Part shown: piece by piece, positions 29,573-40,136 of the stretch
Layout of the letters: each line of letters opens with the position of its first letter
How positions within the stretch are numbered: position 1 is the stretch's first letter
IMG/VR virus record: IMGVR_UViG_3300035654_000005
Length of the DNA stretch: 64,000 bases
Strand: one strand, 5' to 3'
DNA from: an uncultured virus (IMG/VR IMGVR_UViG_3300035654_000005)
Lineage: Duplodnaviria; Heunggongvirae; Uroviricota; Caudoviricetes
The notes under the pieces: model-generated
What the model was told of the DNA's origin: nothing
The model's input: the letters and a program-made list of their open reading frames with translations, nothing else
Databases searched by the model: none
Made by a program: the position numbers and the translations under genes

Positions 29573-32500
29573 GTGATTATTAATTTTAGACAAGGTATTA
29601 TCTCATATCCAGCTTCACCGCTCCAACAATTCTTGGAGCGTGAGGGAACTTATTACAATCTGAAAGCAACGGTGAATGAACCTACTATCTTATCATTTGC
29701 GTATGGTTCTGAGAACTACACATTTGATGAGATAGCAAACGTAACTCACGCTTGGGGTCCAGTACCTCTTTCAGGAGAGGCTTGGTTATATTGGAACCTG
29801 GATTTATTAACTGCTGTCCGGACATTTGGTTTCACGCGATATGAGCCTGTCGTCTCATTAACAGCTCCAATTTCACCTCCTGTTGACCAACATTGGTTTG
29901 ACTTAAATGATTATCGCGTTAAGGTGTGGAATGGAACATCCTGGGTAGATCGAATTCGTGTATTTGCAGCTAAGATTAACAATACGGATATATTGCCATA
30001 CGGCAATAATACGCTGGCACCATTCGCAGGATCACAAATTGGTGTAACAGGTCCAACCATCTCAGCCAATACATCACACATATTGTTTGATCGAAATAGT
30101 AAGCCGATTATTACACAAGATGGCTTGTTCGTAACAACAGGAGATCAGTTCTTTATCCAAGGTTCATCCGTAAACAACATCACTATTGAGTCTACGGTGT
30201 TGAGATTTGCTGCTGCATCAATTATTCCTAAATACCACGTAGTAAAAGTATTACAGGACGGCACTATCACAGCTGCTACATACAATGACTTGTCAAATAC
30301 CTTCATATGTATGTCAACAGAAGGACTTGCAATCGATCAAGTCGGAAGCTTTGTATCACAAGGTGTTATAACCAACACAGAGTGGAACTGGACTACTCCA
30401 GGTCAAGCATTATGGATCGATGAAGCTGGCTCACTAACCACTGAAAATTTGGGGGCAACCGCTCCATTATCCCATCCAGATGCGAAACCACCCGTTGCTC
30501 GCGTAATTAACCAGACAACGGTATTTTTTGACCAAGGTTTAGGCGGTAGAGGATCACAAGGCCCTAGAGGCGAAAGTGGAGAAAGTGTAACTGTTGTTAA
30601 GGCTACTAATCTAGTAGCCGGTATTGCCAAACTATCAGTACCTGCAGTTACTTCATCTGATCCAATCGCTGTAGGTACTAACGACCCACGTTTGTCTGAC
30701 CAACGTGCTCCATTAGCTCATACTCACACAGCAACTCAAGTATTGCCATCTCCAATAAATGGCACATACAATGGTTCAACCCTTCAGCTAATGTTGGGGC
30801 AAATTGTAGCCAACAAAGTTGACAAAGCTGGTGATACCATGACAGGTAATTTAACTGTTACACAACCTGGATTCCAAAGCATTGCTTTAACATCCGATAC
30901 GCTGACGTTATCTGGATTAGCTGTAACTCGCGGTGTACTACCTACAGCTAAATTACAATGGAATGAAACAATTCCAGCGTGGACAATTAACACACAAGCA
31001 TATGGTGTATCTCCTATCGCTACGTTAGCAGATATTGCAGCTATTGACCCTGGTTCTGCATCAGCTGAAATATATATTGCCAAACCAATTCCACCTGTGT
31101 ATTTGGTAGATACATTTACAGCAACAGGTTCAGAAATTAGCGATAAATTAATAGATCATCTAGCCGAATCTGATACTATATGGTTTGGTGATACGTCAAT
31201 CGCTACCGCTCAGTCCTTACTAATCGCAAACAATCGATTAATTGCACAAAACGATAGCATAAACGGTGGTGGGGCAGCATTCTCAGATGCTGCCATACCA
31301 GATACGTACCATGCGGAGGCGTTAGTACAGATTGATACAATTGATATATTCAACCCAACACAAGTGGGTTTCTATCTAAATCAAGCATTCCTCAACGCAG
31401 AGATAATCCGTGATTACGACGTGTCGTTTACTGCAGTATCCGCTAATTCTTTACGCTTTTCAATATATCCTAGATCGTCTACAGGTGTTGTGCCATCTGA
31501 TGTTACATTCAGAAGACCCGAGTTCCTAACAGACGGGACTCACACATTTAGAGTTGATGTGACACCATACTATGTTGGTATATCATTCGATAATATATTA
31601 GTAAATGAATTTAACCCTACTGATTATGGAATTGATACTAGAGCAGGTCGTGCCGGTGTGTATATGTTCACCACTAACCACAACTACGATATACAGATGG
31701 ATCGTGTACGGATCTTACCATACGGTACATTGACAGATCCGCTACGTTGTATATTCACAAATGAGTTACCGTCTGCGCCAACATACACCATAAGCTATGC
31801 AGCGTTTAATACTTTGTATACCGAACCATCCGCGTTTTTCATAAGCACATCAGGCGGAAGTGTTGTATACAATACGGAGTACTACAATGGCTTGGGACTA
31901 CCACTGGTAACGGCAGTGTACTATGACACAACGACATCTACTCGCATAGATATTAATAAGCCTGGATATACACAAGTGGTTGTGTATGACACAACAACAG
32001 ACGGTACCAAGTTGGTTGGGGCTGCGTTGAATGAACTGACGAACGAGACCGACTCATTTAACTGGACAGTTGATAGTGGTTTTACACTGATGCCAGATTC
32101 TAGTTACACCAACACAGTCGCAACATCCGTATCGGATGCTGGAGATAAAATTGTTGGATTTGGCCGTACATCTACAATACCAGGTGAAAACGGCGAAGTG
32201 CGTCAGGTTGCTTTTATGTGGACGGAAAGTGACGGATACACACCATTAGGATTGTTAGACAATGGCGGGGGATATCGCGAAACATACGCTCAAGCAATCT
32301 CCGGAGACGGTACAACAATTCTAGGAGGAAGCTATCCAGGCTCAACAGAGGGTGGTGATGCTGACCCCAACATGCAGGTATGGTTTAAGCGCAATCTAGG
32401 TAGCTTTCAAACCATTAGCCCCCTTGGTGGATGCACCAACTTTCGCCCAAAATACATATCAACTGATGGTAGTAAGATGTTCGGTACTGCTAAATTAGAA

Positions 32501-32980
32501 TCTGGGTATGACAGTGTTTGGCGTTATCAATCTGGTGACGAAGGCGCCGTCGCTATACCTACAGCTGGATTTGAAAATATAGTTGGAGTATACGCTGAGG
32601 ATGCAACACCAGATGGATCATACGTAGTTGGAACAATTAACCTGTCTGATGGTGAGTTTTACGGCTTTTATTATGATGGTGAAACGCAGATATTACCATC
32701 ACCATCTGACGCCACATATTACTACCAAGCGTTGTCGGTCTCAACCGATGGACAAACGATATTCGGAACTGCATTTAATGTAAACACACAGATAGGATAT
32801 GCTATTATGTGGCAAGCGAACAATGGGTCATTCAACGTCGACCCAACCTTTTTGGATAAATCGGTTCCTGAATTTTATCCTAATCGCTGCAACGCTGACG
32901 GTACAGTAGCTGTTGGATCGTCCCAATCTCAATCACAAGGCAGTATATGGACTGCATCATGTGTGGTTCAACAACAATAA
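29573..32980 (+). CDS. tail fibre-like protein with C-terminal HAF-like repeats (likely GTG start)
   Basis: N-terminal ~400 aa clearly paralogous to 23339; C-terminal ATSVSDAGDKIVG, AQAISGDGTTILG, ALSVSTDGQTIFG. Confidence 0.72.
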   Translation: MIINFRQGIISYPASPLQQFLEREGTYYNLKATVNEPTILSFAYGSENYTFDEIANVTHAWGPVPLSGEAWLYWNLDLLTAVRTFGFTRYEPVVSLTAPISPPVDQHWFDLNDYRVKVWNGTSWVDRIRVFAAKINNTDILPYGNNTLAPFAGSQIGVTGPTISANTSHILFDRNSKPIITQDGLFVTTGDQFFIQGSSVNNITIESTVLRFAAASIIPKYHVVKVLQDGTITAATYNDLSNTFICMSTEGLAIDQVGSFVSQGVITNTEWNWTTPGQALWIDEAGSLTTENLGATAPLSHPDAKPPVARVINQTTVFFDQGLGGRGSQGPRGESGESVTVVKATNLVAGIAKLSVPAVTSSDPIAVGTNDPRLSDQRAPLAHTHTATQVLPSPINGTYNGSTLQLMLGQIVANKVDKAGDTMTGNLTVTQPGFQSIALTSDTLTLSGLAVTRGVLPTAKLQWNETIPAWTINTQAYGVSPIATLADIAAIDPGSASAEIYIAKPIPPVYLVDTFTATGSEISDKLIDHLAESDTIWFGDTSIATAQSLLIANNRLIAQNDSINGGGAAFSDAAIPDTYHAEALVQIDTIDIFNPTQVGFYLNQAFLNAEIIRDYDVSFTAVSANSLRFSIYPRSSTGVVPSDVTFRRPEFLTDGTHTFRVDVTPYYVGISFDNILVNEFNPTDYGIDTRAGRAGVYMFTTNHNYDIQMDRVRILPYGTLTDPLRCIFTNELPSAPTYTISYAAFNTLYTEPSAFFISTSGGSVVYNTEYYNGLGLPLVTAVYYDTTTSTRIDINKPGYTQVVVYDTTTDGTKLVGAALNELTNETDSFNWTVDSGFTLMPDSSYTNTVATSVSDAGDKIVGFGRTSTIPGENGEVRQVAFMWTESDGYTPLGLLDNGGGYRETYAQAISGDGTTILGGSYPGSTEGGDADPNMQVWFKRNLGSFQTISPLGGCTNFRPKYISTDGSKMFGTAKLESGYDSVWRYQSGDEGAVAIPTAGFENIVGVYAEDATPDGSYVVGTINLSDGEFYGFYYDGETQILPSPSDATYYYQALSVSTDGQTIFGTAFNVNTQIGYAIMWQANNGSFNVDPTFLDKSVPEFYPNRCNADGTVAVGSSQSQSQGSIWTASCVVQQQ

Positions 32981-32993
32981 TAAGGACTTATAA

Positions 32994-33728
32994 ATGGCAC
33001 TAATATCAATAACTCAAGAAGATAATGACAAGACATACGCACTGTCGCGGAGCGATTCGGTTGAACTAAATACGACGTTATCCAGAGGATTCAAAGTACG
33101 ATTTATTAAGACGTCGTTGGCCACATCTCCCAGTACGATATCTAGTACTATTGGCATCAGAGGGTTCGATCATACGCAAGCGTCTATATCTAGCATGACT
33201 TTGACACACCCAAATGATACAGTTGAATTCATGTATGATGACGTAAATACTTGCTTTCAAATAACTGAGTACCGCCGAGCTGATATACCGGCCGTGATAG
33301 ACGACATTAAGACGAGAGTGGCTTTTACAGATCGAGTAAACCTATTTACTGCGGGTCAATCTGTGCAACCGGTTCGAATAGTTGGAGATGATCTGCAACC
33401 CGACGAAGCAATTATCCTAGATGCTGCTATATCAAATTCATTGTATATTACTCTAGGATCGACAAATCATCCGATACAAAAACCAACTAATCTCGTAGAT
33501 GGTACCACAGTAAATTTCGTGATATCTCATACCATAAATGAAGGCGGACAAGCAACATTTGGATCAGGTTTCTGGTGGGCAAATGGTGGCAACCCTCCAA
33601 CCTTATCTAACCTTAGCGCATCTGTTGATATAGTATCGTGTTATTATGCTGTTCCTGACGGTCATTCAGAAAGTGATGGCATTTTGATGTGTAGTGTAGC
33701 TTATAATATGACTCCAACTCCGGCCTAA
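32994..33728 (+). CDS. putative fibre-associated structural protein
   Basis: AAGGA RBS; C-terminal FGSGFWWANGGNPPTLSNLSASVDIVS is typical of phage fibre ends. Confidence 0.55.
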   Translation: MALISITQEDNDKTYALSRSDSVELNTTLSRGFKVRFIKTSLATSPSTISSTIGIRGFDHTQASISSMTLTHPNDTVEFMYDDVNTCFQITEYRRADIPAVIDDIKTRVAFTDRVNLFTAGQSVQPVRIVGDDLQPDEAIILDAAISNSLYITLGSTNHPIQKPTNLVDGTTVNFVISHTINEGGQATFGSGFWWANGGNPPTLSNLSASVDIVSCYYAVPDGHSESDGILMCSVAYNMTPTPA

Positions 33729-33731
33729 TAT

Positions 33732-34379
33732 ATGTTTAATATACAGCCAGGATTCCTCGGAGGAGTTGCCGCCACACCAGAGACACTATGGTTTTACGAT
33801 ACATTTACTGCTAAAAACTATGGTAAATTGGCAAACCATGCACCAGAAGTGGGATATGGTTGGTCCGTAGACGCTACAAATGGTATAGGCACCATAGAGT
33901 CTATCATATTGGTTAATGGAGCAGCTCGCAAACCTACATCTGACGAAGATGCAGACAATTTTAGCGGAGCATCGTATTATAACTCTAGTGCTGACCCTAT
34001 TCAGTCTAGTACGTACTTTATTGAAGCTAAATTTACCTTTGCTGGATTCCAAGGTGATGTAGGATATGCGATTTTTGGACTACAATCTCCAGTAGGTACT
34101 GCAGATCACGCGTATTCTGTTGAGATAGATAACTCATCTAGCATAAGCTTCAGTGCACCAGGCAACAGTACATCATATTCATCGTTTTCAGTATCACCAG
34201 GAGTAGAACATACTCTCAGAATAGAAATAGACGGTCAGACCGTAACTGTAAAATTGGATGGCACTACAAAATTCATCTCGTATGCTAGCTTGCCACTAGA
34301 GCAAGCACTCACTATGTACCAATTTGGTACCAATGGATTAGAAGCATTTAGTGTAAATTCAATCAAAATAGCATCGTAG
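33732..34379 (+). CDS. hypothetical protein with a lectin/ConA-like beta-sandwich
   Basis: DTF...G.L.NH and HTLRIEIDGQTVTVKLDG; similar segment inside the 29573 protein. Confidence 0.5.
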   Translation: MFNIQPGFLGGVAATPETLWFYDTFTAKNYGKLANHAPEVGYGWSVDATNGIGTIESIILVNGAARKPTSDEDADNFSGASYYNSSADPIQSSTYFIEAKFTFAGFQGDVGYAIFGLQSPVGTADHAYSVEIDNSSSISFSAPGNSTSYSSFSVSPGVEHTLRIEIDGQTVTVKLDGTTKFISYASLPLEQALTMYQFGTNGLEAFSVNSIKIAS

Positions 34380-34405
34380 TTTTTGGTGTGCTATCACCAA
34401 TCAAG

Positions 34406-34462
34406 CATAAATACATCATCGTACAAATACTCGTTGACTTATATTAACATTATATGTACGAT
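34406..34462 (+). promoter_or_regulatory. tandem late (CATAAATA 34406-34413) and sigma70-like (TTGACT-17-TACGAT 34434-34462) promoters upstream of gp32
   Basis: Both motifs lie in the intergenic region before the SSB gene. Confidence 0.55.
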
Positions 34463-34543
34463 CTTAGAAGTGAATGGACGAAAGTCCAAACCTAGAAGCG
34501 AATGACACAATAATAACAATAAGAACTGAAGAAGGACTACACA

Positions 34544-35461
34544 ATGCAAAAACGCACTCTGGCTGAAATGAAAGCCGCCTACAACACAAATACCTCAACT
34601 GAACAACGTTCAAACCGCCCTAACAACTACTACCCTTTCTGGAACATGGAAAACGAAGAACGTGCTATTATACGTTTCGTGCCTGATGTTAACGAAGATA
34701 ACCCACGTGGCTTTTTAGTAGAAAAAGTATCTCACAACCTGACTATTAACGGCCAACGCACCTCTGTACCATGCCTAAGCATGTACGAAGAAGAATGCCC
34801 AATCTGCAAATTGTCTCAAGAGTATTACAAAGCTAAAGATGATATCAATGGTAAAAAATACTACAAGAGCCGTCAAAACATTGGCCAAGCGATTATCGTA
34901 GAAGATCCATTGCCAGCTGATAAGACAACTGGTGAGACGCACGTAGGTAAACTACGTTATGTTGCTCTTACATACCAATTGCTTAACGTAATTAAAGAAG
35001 CATTCGCTGGTGATGATTTGGAATACACTCCAGATGACATCAAAAACGGTTACGATTTTGTAATCAAAAAAACAGCGCAAGGTAAATACCCATCTTACAC
35101 GTTAGGTACTAAATTCCAACCACGCAGCCGTGCATTAACAGAAGCTGAACTTGGAGTTGTTGCAGAACATGCAATTGACTTGAGCACACTATTGCCAAAA
35201 AATCCAGGCGTAGATAAAGTACGTGCACAGTTGAATGCGGACGTGAACGCAACGTCTGAAGAAGATGAAAGCTTCGACCAACCATCAGCACCTGTAGCTA
35301 AAACAGCTCCAGCTCCTTCACCACGTGTGCAAGAAGAAATTGAACAATCAGCTCCAAAAGCTGCTGCTAAACCAGCACCAGCCGCTGAAGACACAGATAG
35401 TTCAATGGACGATGTATTAGCAGCAATTCGTGCTCGTCGCAACGCAGCAAAAGCAGCCTAA
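34544..35461 (+). CDS. single-stranded DNA-binding protein (T4 gp32-like)
   Basis: IRFVPD, Zn ligands CLSMYEEECPIC, GYDFVIKK, acidic tail; directly upstream of UvsX. Confidence 0.88.
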   Translation: MQKRTLAEMKAAYNTNTSTEQRSNRPNNYYPFWNMENEERAIIRFVPDVNEDNPRGFLVEKVSHNLTINGQRTSVPCLSMYEEECPICKLSQEYYKAKDDINGKKYYKSRQNIGQAIIVEDPLPADKTTGETHVGKLRYVALTYQLLNVIKEAFAGDDLEYTPDDIKNGYDFVIKKTAQGKYPSYTLGTKFQPRSRALTEAELGVVAEHAIDLSTLLPKNPGVDKVRAQLNADVNATSEEDESFDQPSAPVAKTAPAPSPRVQEEIEQSAPKAAAKPAPAAEDTDSSMDDVLAAIRARRNAAKAA

Positions 35462-35473
35462 AATATTGGACTA

Positions 35474-35501
35474 AATAAACGGAGGGCAACCTCCGTTTAT
35501 T
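35474..35501 (+). terminator. intrinsic terminator
   Basis: AATAAACGGAGG-GCAA-CCTCCGTTTATT. Confidence 0.8.
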
Positions 35502-35522
35502 GTTTAGAAAAGGAGTCCAATT

Positions 35523-36608
35523 GTGGATTTTTTAAAGAACTTCCAGAAAGACCTGGAAAAAATTGATGGCGTCGGTACGTCTGCTGAACCGCCTAGATAC
35601 TGGTATTCAACTGGTAACTTAGTATTAAATCACATCATATCTGGCAATTTCAGACATGGTATTCCTCAAGGTCGTATTACAAACTTCTCTGGACCATCAG
35701 GCTCTGGTAAAAGCTTCAACGTAGCCAATGCTGCAAAAGCAGCACAAGATGAAGGTGCAATCTGTCTGATTCTAGATAGCGAAAACGCACTAGACGACGA
35801 ATTCATGGGTAAGATTGGTGTTGATGTTGACAAAAATTACTACTACGTCTCTGTCACAACAATTGCTCAGGTGCAATCAGTCGTATCAGCGTTCTTGAAA
35901 GCATATAAGAAAGATCATGCTGAAGATGTCAATGCACCGAAAATCTTCATTGCTATTGACTCACTTGATATGTTAATGACGGAAACAGAGTTAGAAAACT
36001 ACGACAAGGGTGTTCAAAAGGGCGATCAAGGTCAGCGTAATAAACAACTAAAAGCTATGCTACGCGGCTTTGTGCACGACATCAGCGCGCTGAATGTATC
36101 AATGGTTGTTACTTCTCAAGTGTATAAAAACCAAGACGTGACTAATGGTGAAGGTGTGTGGATGATTGCAGATGCAGTTAAATACGCAGCATCACAAATC
36201 ATTTTAGTTACAAAATTAAAACTGAAAGCCGATTCTGGTAAAGCCGGTGACTTCAAAGGCATCAGAATGAAGTGTGAAGGTTATAAAACTCGTTTTACTA
36301 AACCTTTCCAAACGGTTACTATCGAAGTGCCATACGAATCTGGTATTGACACATACTCAGGTTTGAAAGAAGTTGGCATCAATTTAGGTATTATCATACC
36401 AGCAGGCTCACGCCTACGGTTAGCATCTAAACCAGACTTGACTTTCTTTGAGAAAGATATTGGTCAGTATGCTGACGAAATTGTTGATGCTGCAAATGCA
36501 TTAACAGACAAGTATCTAAGCACTGCAACATCAGATGATGAGTTAGATTTAACACCTGACACAAAAGCTGCAACTCGAGCACGCGCACTAGACAAGCTAG
36601 TAGAGTAA
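35523..36608 (+). CDS. uvsX: RecA/UvsX-like recombinase
   Basis: STGNLVLN..ISG, GIPQGRI, Walker A GPSGSGKS, LDSENALD, IAIDSL, KTRFTKPF. Confidence 0.92.
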   Translation: MDFLKNFQKDLEKIDGVGTSAEPPRYWYSTGNLVLNHIISGNFRHGIPQGRITNFSGPSGSGKSFNVANAAKAAQDEGAICLILDSENALDDEFMGKIGVDVDKNYYYVSVTTIAQVQSVVSAFLKAYKKDHAEDVNAPKIFIAIDSLDMLMTETELENYDKGVQKGDQGQRNKQLKAMLRGFVHDISALNVSMVVTSQVYKNQDVTNGEGVWMIADAVKYAASQIILVTKLKLKADSGKAGDFKGIRMKCEGYKTRFTKPFQTVTIEVPYESGIDTYSGLKEVGINLGIIIPAGSRLRLASKPDLTFFEKDIGQYADEIVDAANALTDKYLSTATSDDELDLTPDTKAATRARALDKLVE

Positions 36609-36611
36609 CAT

Positions 36612-36642
36612 CAAATAAGAGTGTGTGATGCACTCTTATTTG
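36612..36642 (+). terminator. hairpin, probable terminator
   Basis: CAAATAAGAGTG-TGTGATG-CACTCTTATTTG. Confidence 0.65.
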
Positions 36643-36714
36643 TCTTATACCCACATTTATCGGTTGAACGGCCGCACACAATAGCGTATTGTGTATGCTT
36701 AGTAAGGAAAAAAT

Positions 36715-37803
36715 ATGAATCTGATAAAAAATAGAACACCGCTTGAGTTAATTAAAACTAACACGATTATTAAAGCATATGCTGGTTCTCTTGCATATGG
36801 TACCAATCTACCAACATCTGATATCGACTTCAGAGGTATTTTCGTAGCTGATCCAATTAATATCCGCACCCCATTCTACACAATCAACGAAGCTGAAGTC
36901 ACTTCAGAAGAAGATACTAAGCTATATGAGCTAAATCAGTTCATGAAGCTTGCCTTGGACTGCAATCCAAACATCATTGAATTGCTGTGGACAGACGAAT
37001 CTGATATCGTATTTAAAACACCAGCATACGACTTATTACGTGCTCACGCAAGCGATTTGTTGAGTGCTAAAGTGGCTCATACAACCACTGGATATGCGAT
37101 GTCTCAATTATCACGTATCAAGGGTCATAATAAATGGATCAATAATCCAATGCCAGAAGCTGCCCCACGTCAAGAAGAATTTTTTGCACTGGTAACAAAC
37201 TTCACCAGTGCAAAAGTATTTAAGTGGGCTCAGATTTTATCTGAAATATCAACTGGTCATTCATTCGCATCATTTGGCAACGAAGGCGAATCTACACTGT
37301 TCGGGGTATATAAGACTAAGCTAGGTGCCAAACTATTTGATCACACTGGCGCAGTTATAATCGACGATACGTTAGATAAGGGTGAGAATAAACCTCTATA
37401 TATTGTCAAATTTAACAAAGCTGAATATGGTGTGCAGCGCGAAAAGTGGGCAAACTACTGGGATTGGAAAAAGAATCGCAACCAAGCTAGAAGTGCACTT
37501 GAAGAGTTACATGGATTTGATACAAAGCATGCTATGCATCTTGTGCGTCTCCTACGGATGGGCAAAGAGGCACTTGAGACAGGAATCATTCACGTCAAGC
37601 GTGACGATGCTCAAGAGTTACTCAGTATTCGAAACGGTGCATTAAAATATGAAGAAATCCTTGACTATGCGAACAAGATGAATGATGATATCGCGTCATT
37701 GTTAAAAACAACGTCATTACCTACTAGACCAAATCAAAATTTGGCAGCCAACCTAATATTACAAATACAGGACATTACATGGAATCAACACAGGGATCTT
37801 TAG
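36715..37803 (+). CDS. Pol-beta-superfamily nucleotidyltransferase (RlaP/YcgL/T4 NrdC.11-like)
   Basis: AGSLAYGTNLPTSDIDFRGIF, NPNIIELLW, GFDTKHAMHLVRLL, LLSIRNG. Confidence 0.88.
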   Translation: MNLIKNRTPLELIKTNTIIKAYAGSLAYGTNLPTSDIDFRGIFVADPINIRTPFYTINEAEVTSEEDTKLYELNQFMKLALDCNPNIIELLWTDESDIVFKTPAYDLLRAHASDLLSAKVAHTTTGYAMSQLSRIKGHNKWINNPMPEAAPRQEEFFALVTNFTSAKVFKWAQILSEISTGHSFASFGNEGESTLFGVYKTKLGAKLFDHTGAVIIDDTLDKGENKPLYIVKFNKAEYGVQREKWANYWDWKKNRNQARSALEELHGFDTKHAMHLVRLLRMGKEALETGIIHVKRDDAQELLSIRNGALKYEEILDYANKMNDDIASLLKTTSLPTRPNQNLAANLILQIQDITWNQHRDL

Positions 37804-38161
37804 ACCAATTATATCAACTAGTTGTGGAGCGGGAACAACTAGTTAAGGCTGCAACTGCTAAAATTTCAGCCTTAATTGCTCCAGGAGTTTTAGCTGGGAT
37901 CGCTGATGTTCTTAGCACACCAACAGATAAGTTACAAGTCGTCAGTATTGATATGTTTAGTGATGAAGCACAAACACGTGAAAAAACTACTATCATGATT
38001 ACGGCTCAAGTAACATATCCATCAGAAGATCAAGTTCCTGAATTACTCAATGAGATTTCACCTCTCGAGTTTGAAGACCAAGATCCACTAAGCCGGTTGG
38101 TGAGGGTCGCTATTCCGTTCAGTTATGCATTCGAAACTAAAGAGTTTATCAGCAATATGTT
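37779..38161 (+). CDS. hypothetical protein (3' end lost in the N-gap; possibly continuous with UvsY)
   Basis: Open frame up to the gap at 38162-38171. Confidence 0.55.
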
Positions 38162-38616
38162 NNNNNNNNNNCGACTTTACTAAGCTAGCGACAAATTTAC
38201 CACCGATCTTAGAAAAACACATGCTGTTGATTGATCAGGCGGAAAGCCGCTTGATGATGTCTGGTAAAACGATAGAAACCTGTTTAAAAGAACAAGGTGC
38301 ATATCCTATACAATATGCTGTGGCCAAGTCTGAGCTAAATGCTATATGCAAATATATCACTGCTGAAATTGGCAAGATCCGTGGCGATTTATTTCGCAAC
38401 TACATGGTAAACCACACACGTGAAATGTCTGATCGCGCCCGTGATAAGTGGATCGATGCCGACACAACATACTTAAACTACAATCAACTATTGATTGAAG
38501 TTGAAGAGCTATACGAACAAATGTCTGCAGTAGTGGACGCTTTCCAAACACGTGGTTTTGCATTACGCGATACCACTACAATACGGGTAAATCAACTTCA
38601 CAACACGGTAATCTAA
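38157..38616 (+). CDS. uvsY: recombination mediator (UvsY-like); start uncertain because of the gap
   Basis: FRNYMVNHTREMSDRARDKWIDAD...VDAFQTRGFAL helical pattern; between UvsX and UvsW. Confidence 0.7.
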
Positions 38617-40136
38617 TGACAGCTACAGTACGAATCAGAATACTCGATGAAGTATATGTAGCGTTTGTTGGATTACATCCGTCAGATCTTACGTACTTCT
38701 ACAACGAGCATGCGGTATTTGCTCCAAACTACTTCTTCAACCCTAGATTCAAAATAGGTCAATGGGATGGTAAAATCAGGTTCTTTGAAAAGACTGGTCG
38801 TACCTTTCTATATCTATTAGAAGACATATTACCTAAGCTAATAGCTATGGGCTATAAAATTGCGGTTGAAGACTTACGTCAAACCGCAATTAAAACACCT
38901 ACGTTAGTGACACCAGATACATTTAGTCACATTATGCATCCACTAACAGGGAAGCCTATTGAGCTGCGTGATTACCAAGTAGAGTCGGTGAATAACTTAC
39001 TCACGGAAGGTTTTGGCATTATCAAAGCCGCAACTGGTGCAGGTAAAACACTGATCACAGCAGCTTTGGTTAAAGCGTGGGGAGACGTCGGCCATCGAAC
39101 CATCACAATTGTTCCAGATGGTACGTTGATACAGCAAACAAAAGCAATGTTTAAACACTGTGAGTTGGATACTGGTGAATATAGCGGTGATGAAAAGTCA
39201 CTAGACCACCAACACGTAGTATCTACGTGGCAAGCGTTGAAGAATAATCCTGGGATAATCAACTCATTCCAAGTCGTAATTGTCGATGAGTGTCATGGTA
39301 CTAAAGGTCCTGTATTGCGTGAGTTGATTATCGACTACGCAGCTAACATACCACACCGATATGGTGTAACTGGGACGCTCCCACCTGAGCCTAGTGATGC
39401 ACTGACTGTGATTACTGCTTTGGGACCGGTTAGGTACGATATTACCGCACGTCAATTGATCGATGCAGGTGTGCTGGCTGAACTACACATTGACGTGATC
39501 CAGTTGGAAGAGGACTTAACAGAACAATACAATCACTTCTGTGGTGAGGTCAATGTGGGAATTAAACCCACGTACGTACAATTCAAAGACGGATACTTCC
39601 CCGACTTTGCTGCTGAGAAAGCATTTTTACAACGTTGTAAAAATCGCGTATCGTGGATTGCTGATTACCTGATATCAACGCAAGACACTGTCAAAAGCAA
39701 CACACTAGTGCTGGTTGATAGTATTCCACTGGGAAAAGAGCTTGCAGAAATCATACCAGGCAGCATATTCGTGAATGGTAAAGATGTGAAGAAAATTGCA
39801 GATCGTAAGAAGATCTACGATATGTTCAAAACTCATGACAATTTAGTAGTGATTGCAACTGTGCACATTGCAGGTACTGGATTAGACATTCCACGTGTAT
39901 TTAATTTAGTGTTGGTAGATGTGGGTAAATCGTTCATTCGAGTTGTCCAAGGTATTGGTCGAGGTCTGCGCAAAGCGGATGATAAAGATAGCGTCAGCAT
40001 CGTGGACATTGCTGGAGATTTGAAGTATAGTAAGAAACACTTGGCAGCTCGTATCAAGATCTATAAAGAAGCTGGATACCCGTACACCAAACATAAAATA
40101 AATTATAATAAATTCTACGAAAAAGGTTCAAACTAA
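38616..40136 (+). CDS. uvsW: SF2 DNA helicase (UvsW-like)
   Basis: WDGKIRFF, LRDYQ, AATGAGKT, DECH, GVTGT, GLDIP, QGIGRGLR. Confidence 0.93.
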   Translation: MTATVRIRILDEVYVAFVGLHPSDLTYFYNEHAVFAPNYFFNPRFKIGQWDGKIRFFEKTGRTFLYLLEDILPKLIAMGYKIAVEDLRQTAIKTPTLVTPDTFSHIMHPLTGKPIELRDYQVESVNNLLTEGFGIIKAATGAGKTLITAALVKAWGDVGHRTITIVPDGTLIQQTKAMFKHCELDTGEYSGDEKSLDHQHVVSTWQALKNNPGIINSFQVVIVDECHGTKGPVLRELIIDYAANIPHRYGVTGTLPPEPSDALTVITALGPVRYDITARQLIDAGVLAELHIDVIQLEEDLTEQYNHFCGEVNVGIKPTYVQFKDGYFPDFAAEKAFLQRCKNRVSWIADYLISTQDTVKSNTLVLVDSIPLGKELAEIIPGSIFVNGKDVKKIADRKKIYDMFKTHDNLVVIATVHIAGTGLDIPRVFNLVLVDVGKSFIRVVQGIGRGLRKADDKDSVSIVDIAGDLKYSKKHLAARIKIYKEAGYPYTKHKINYNKFYEKGSN

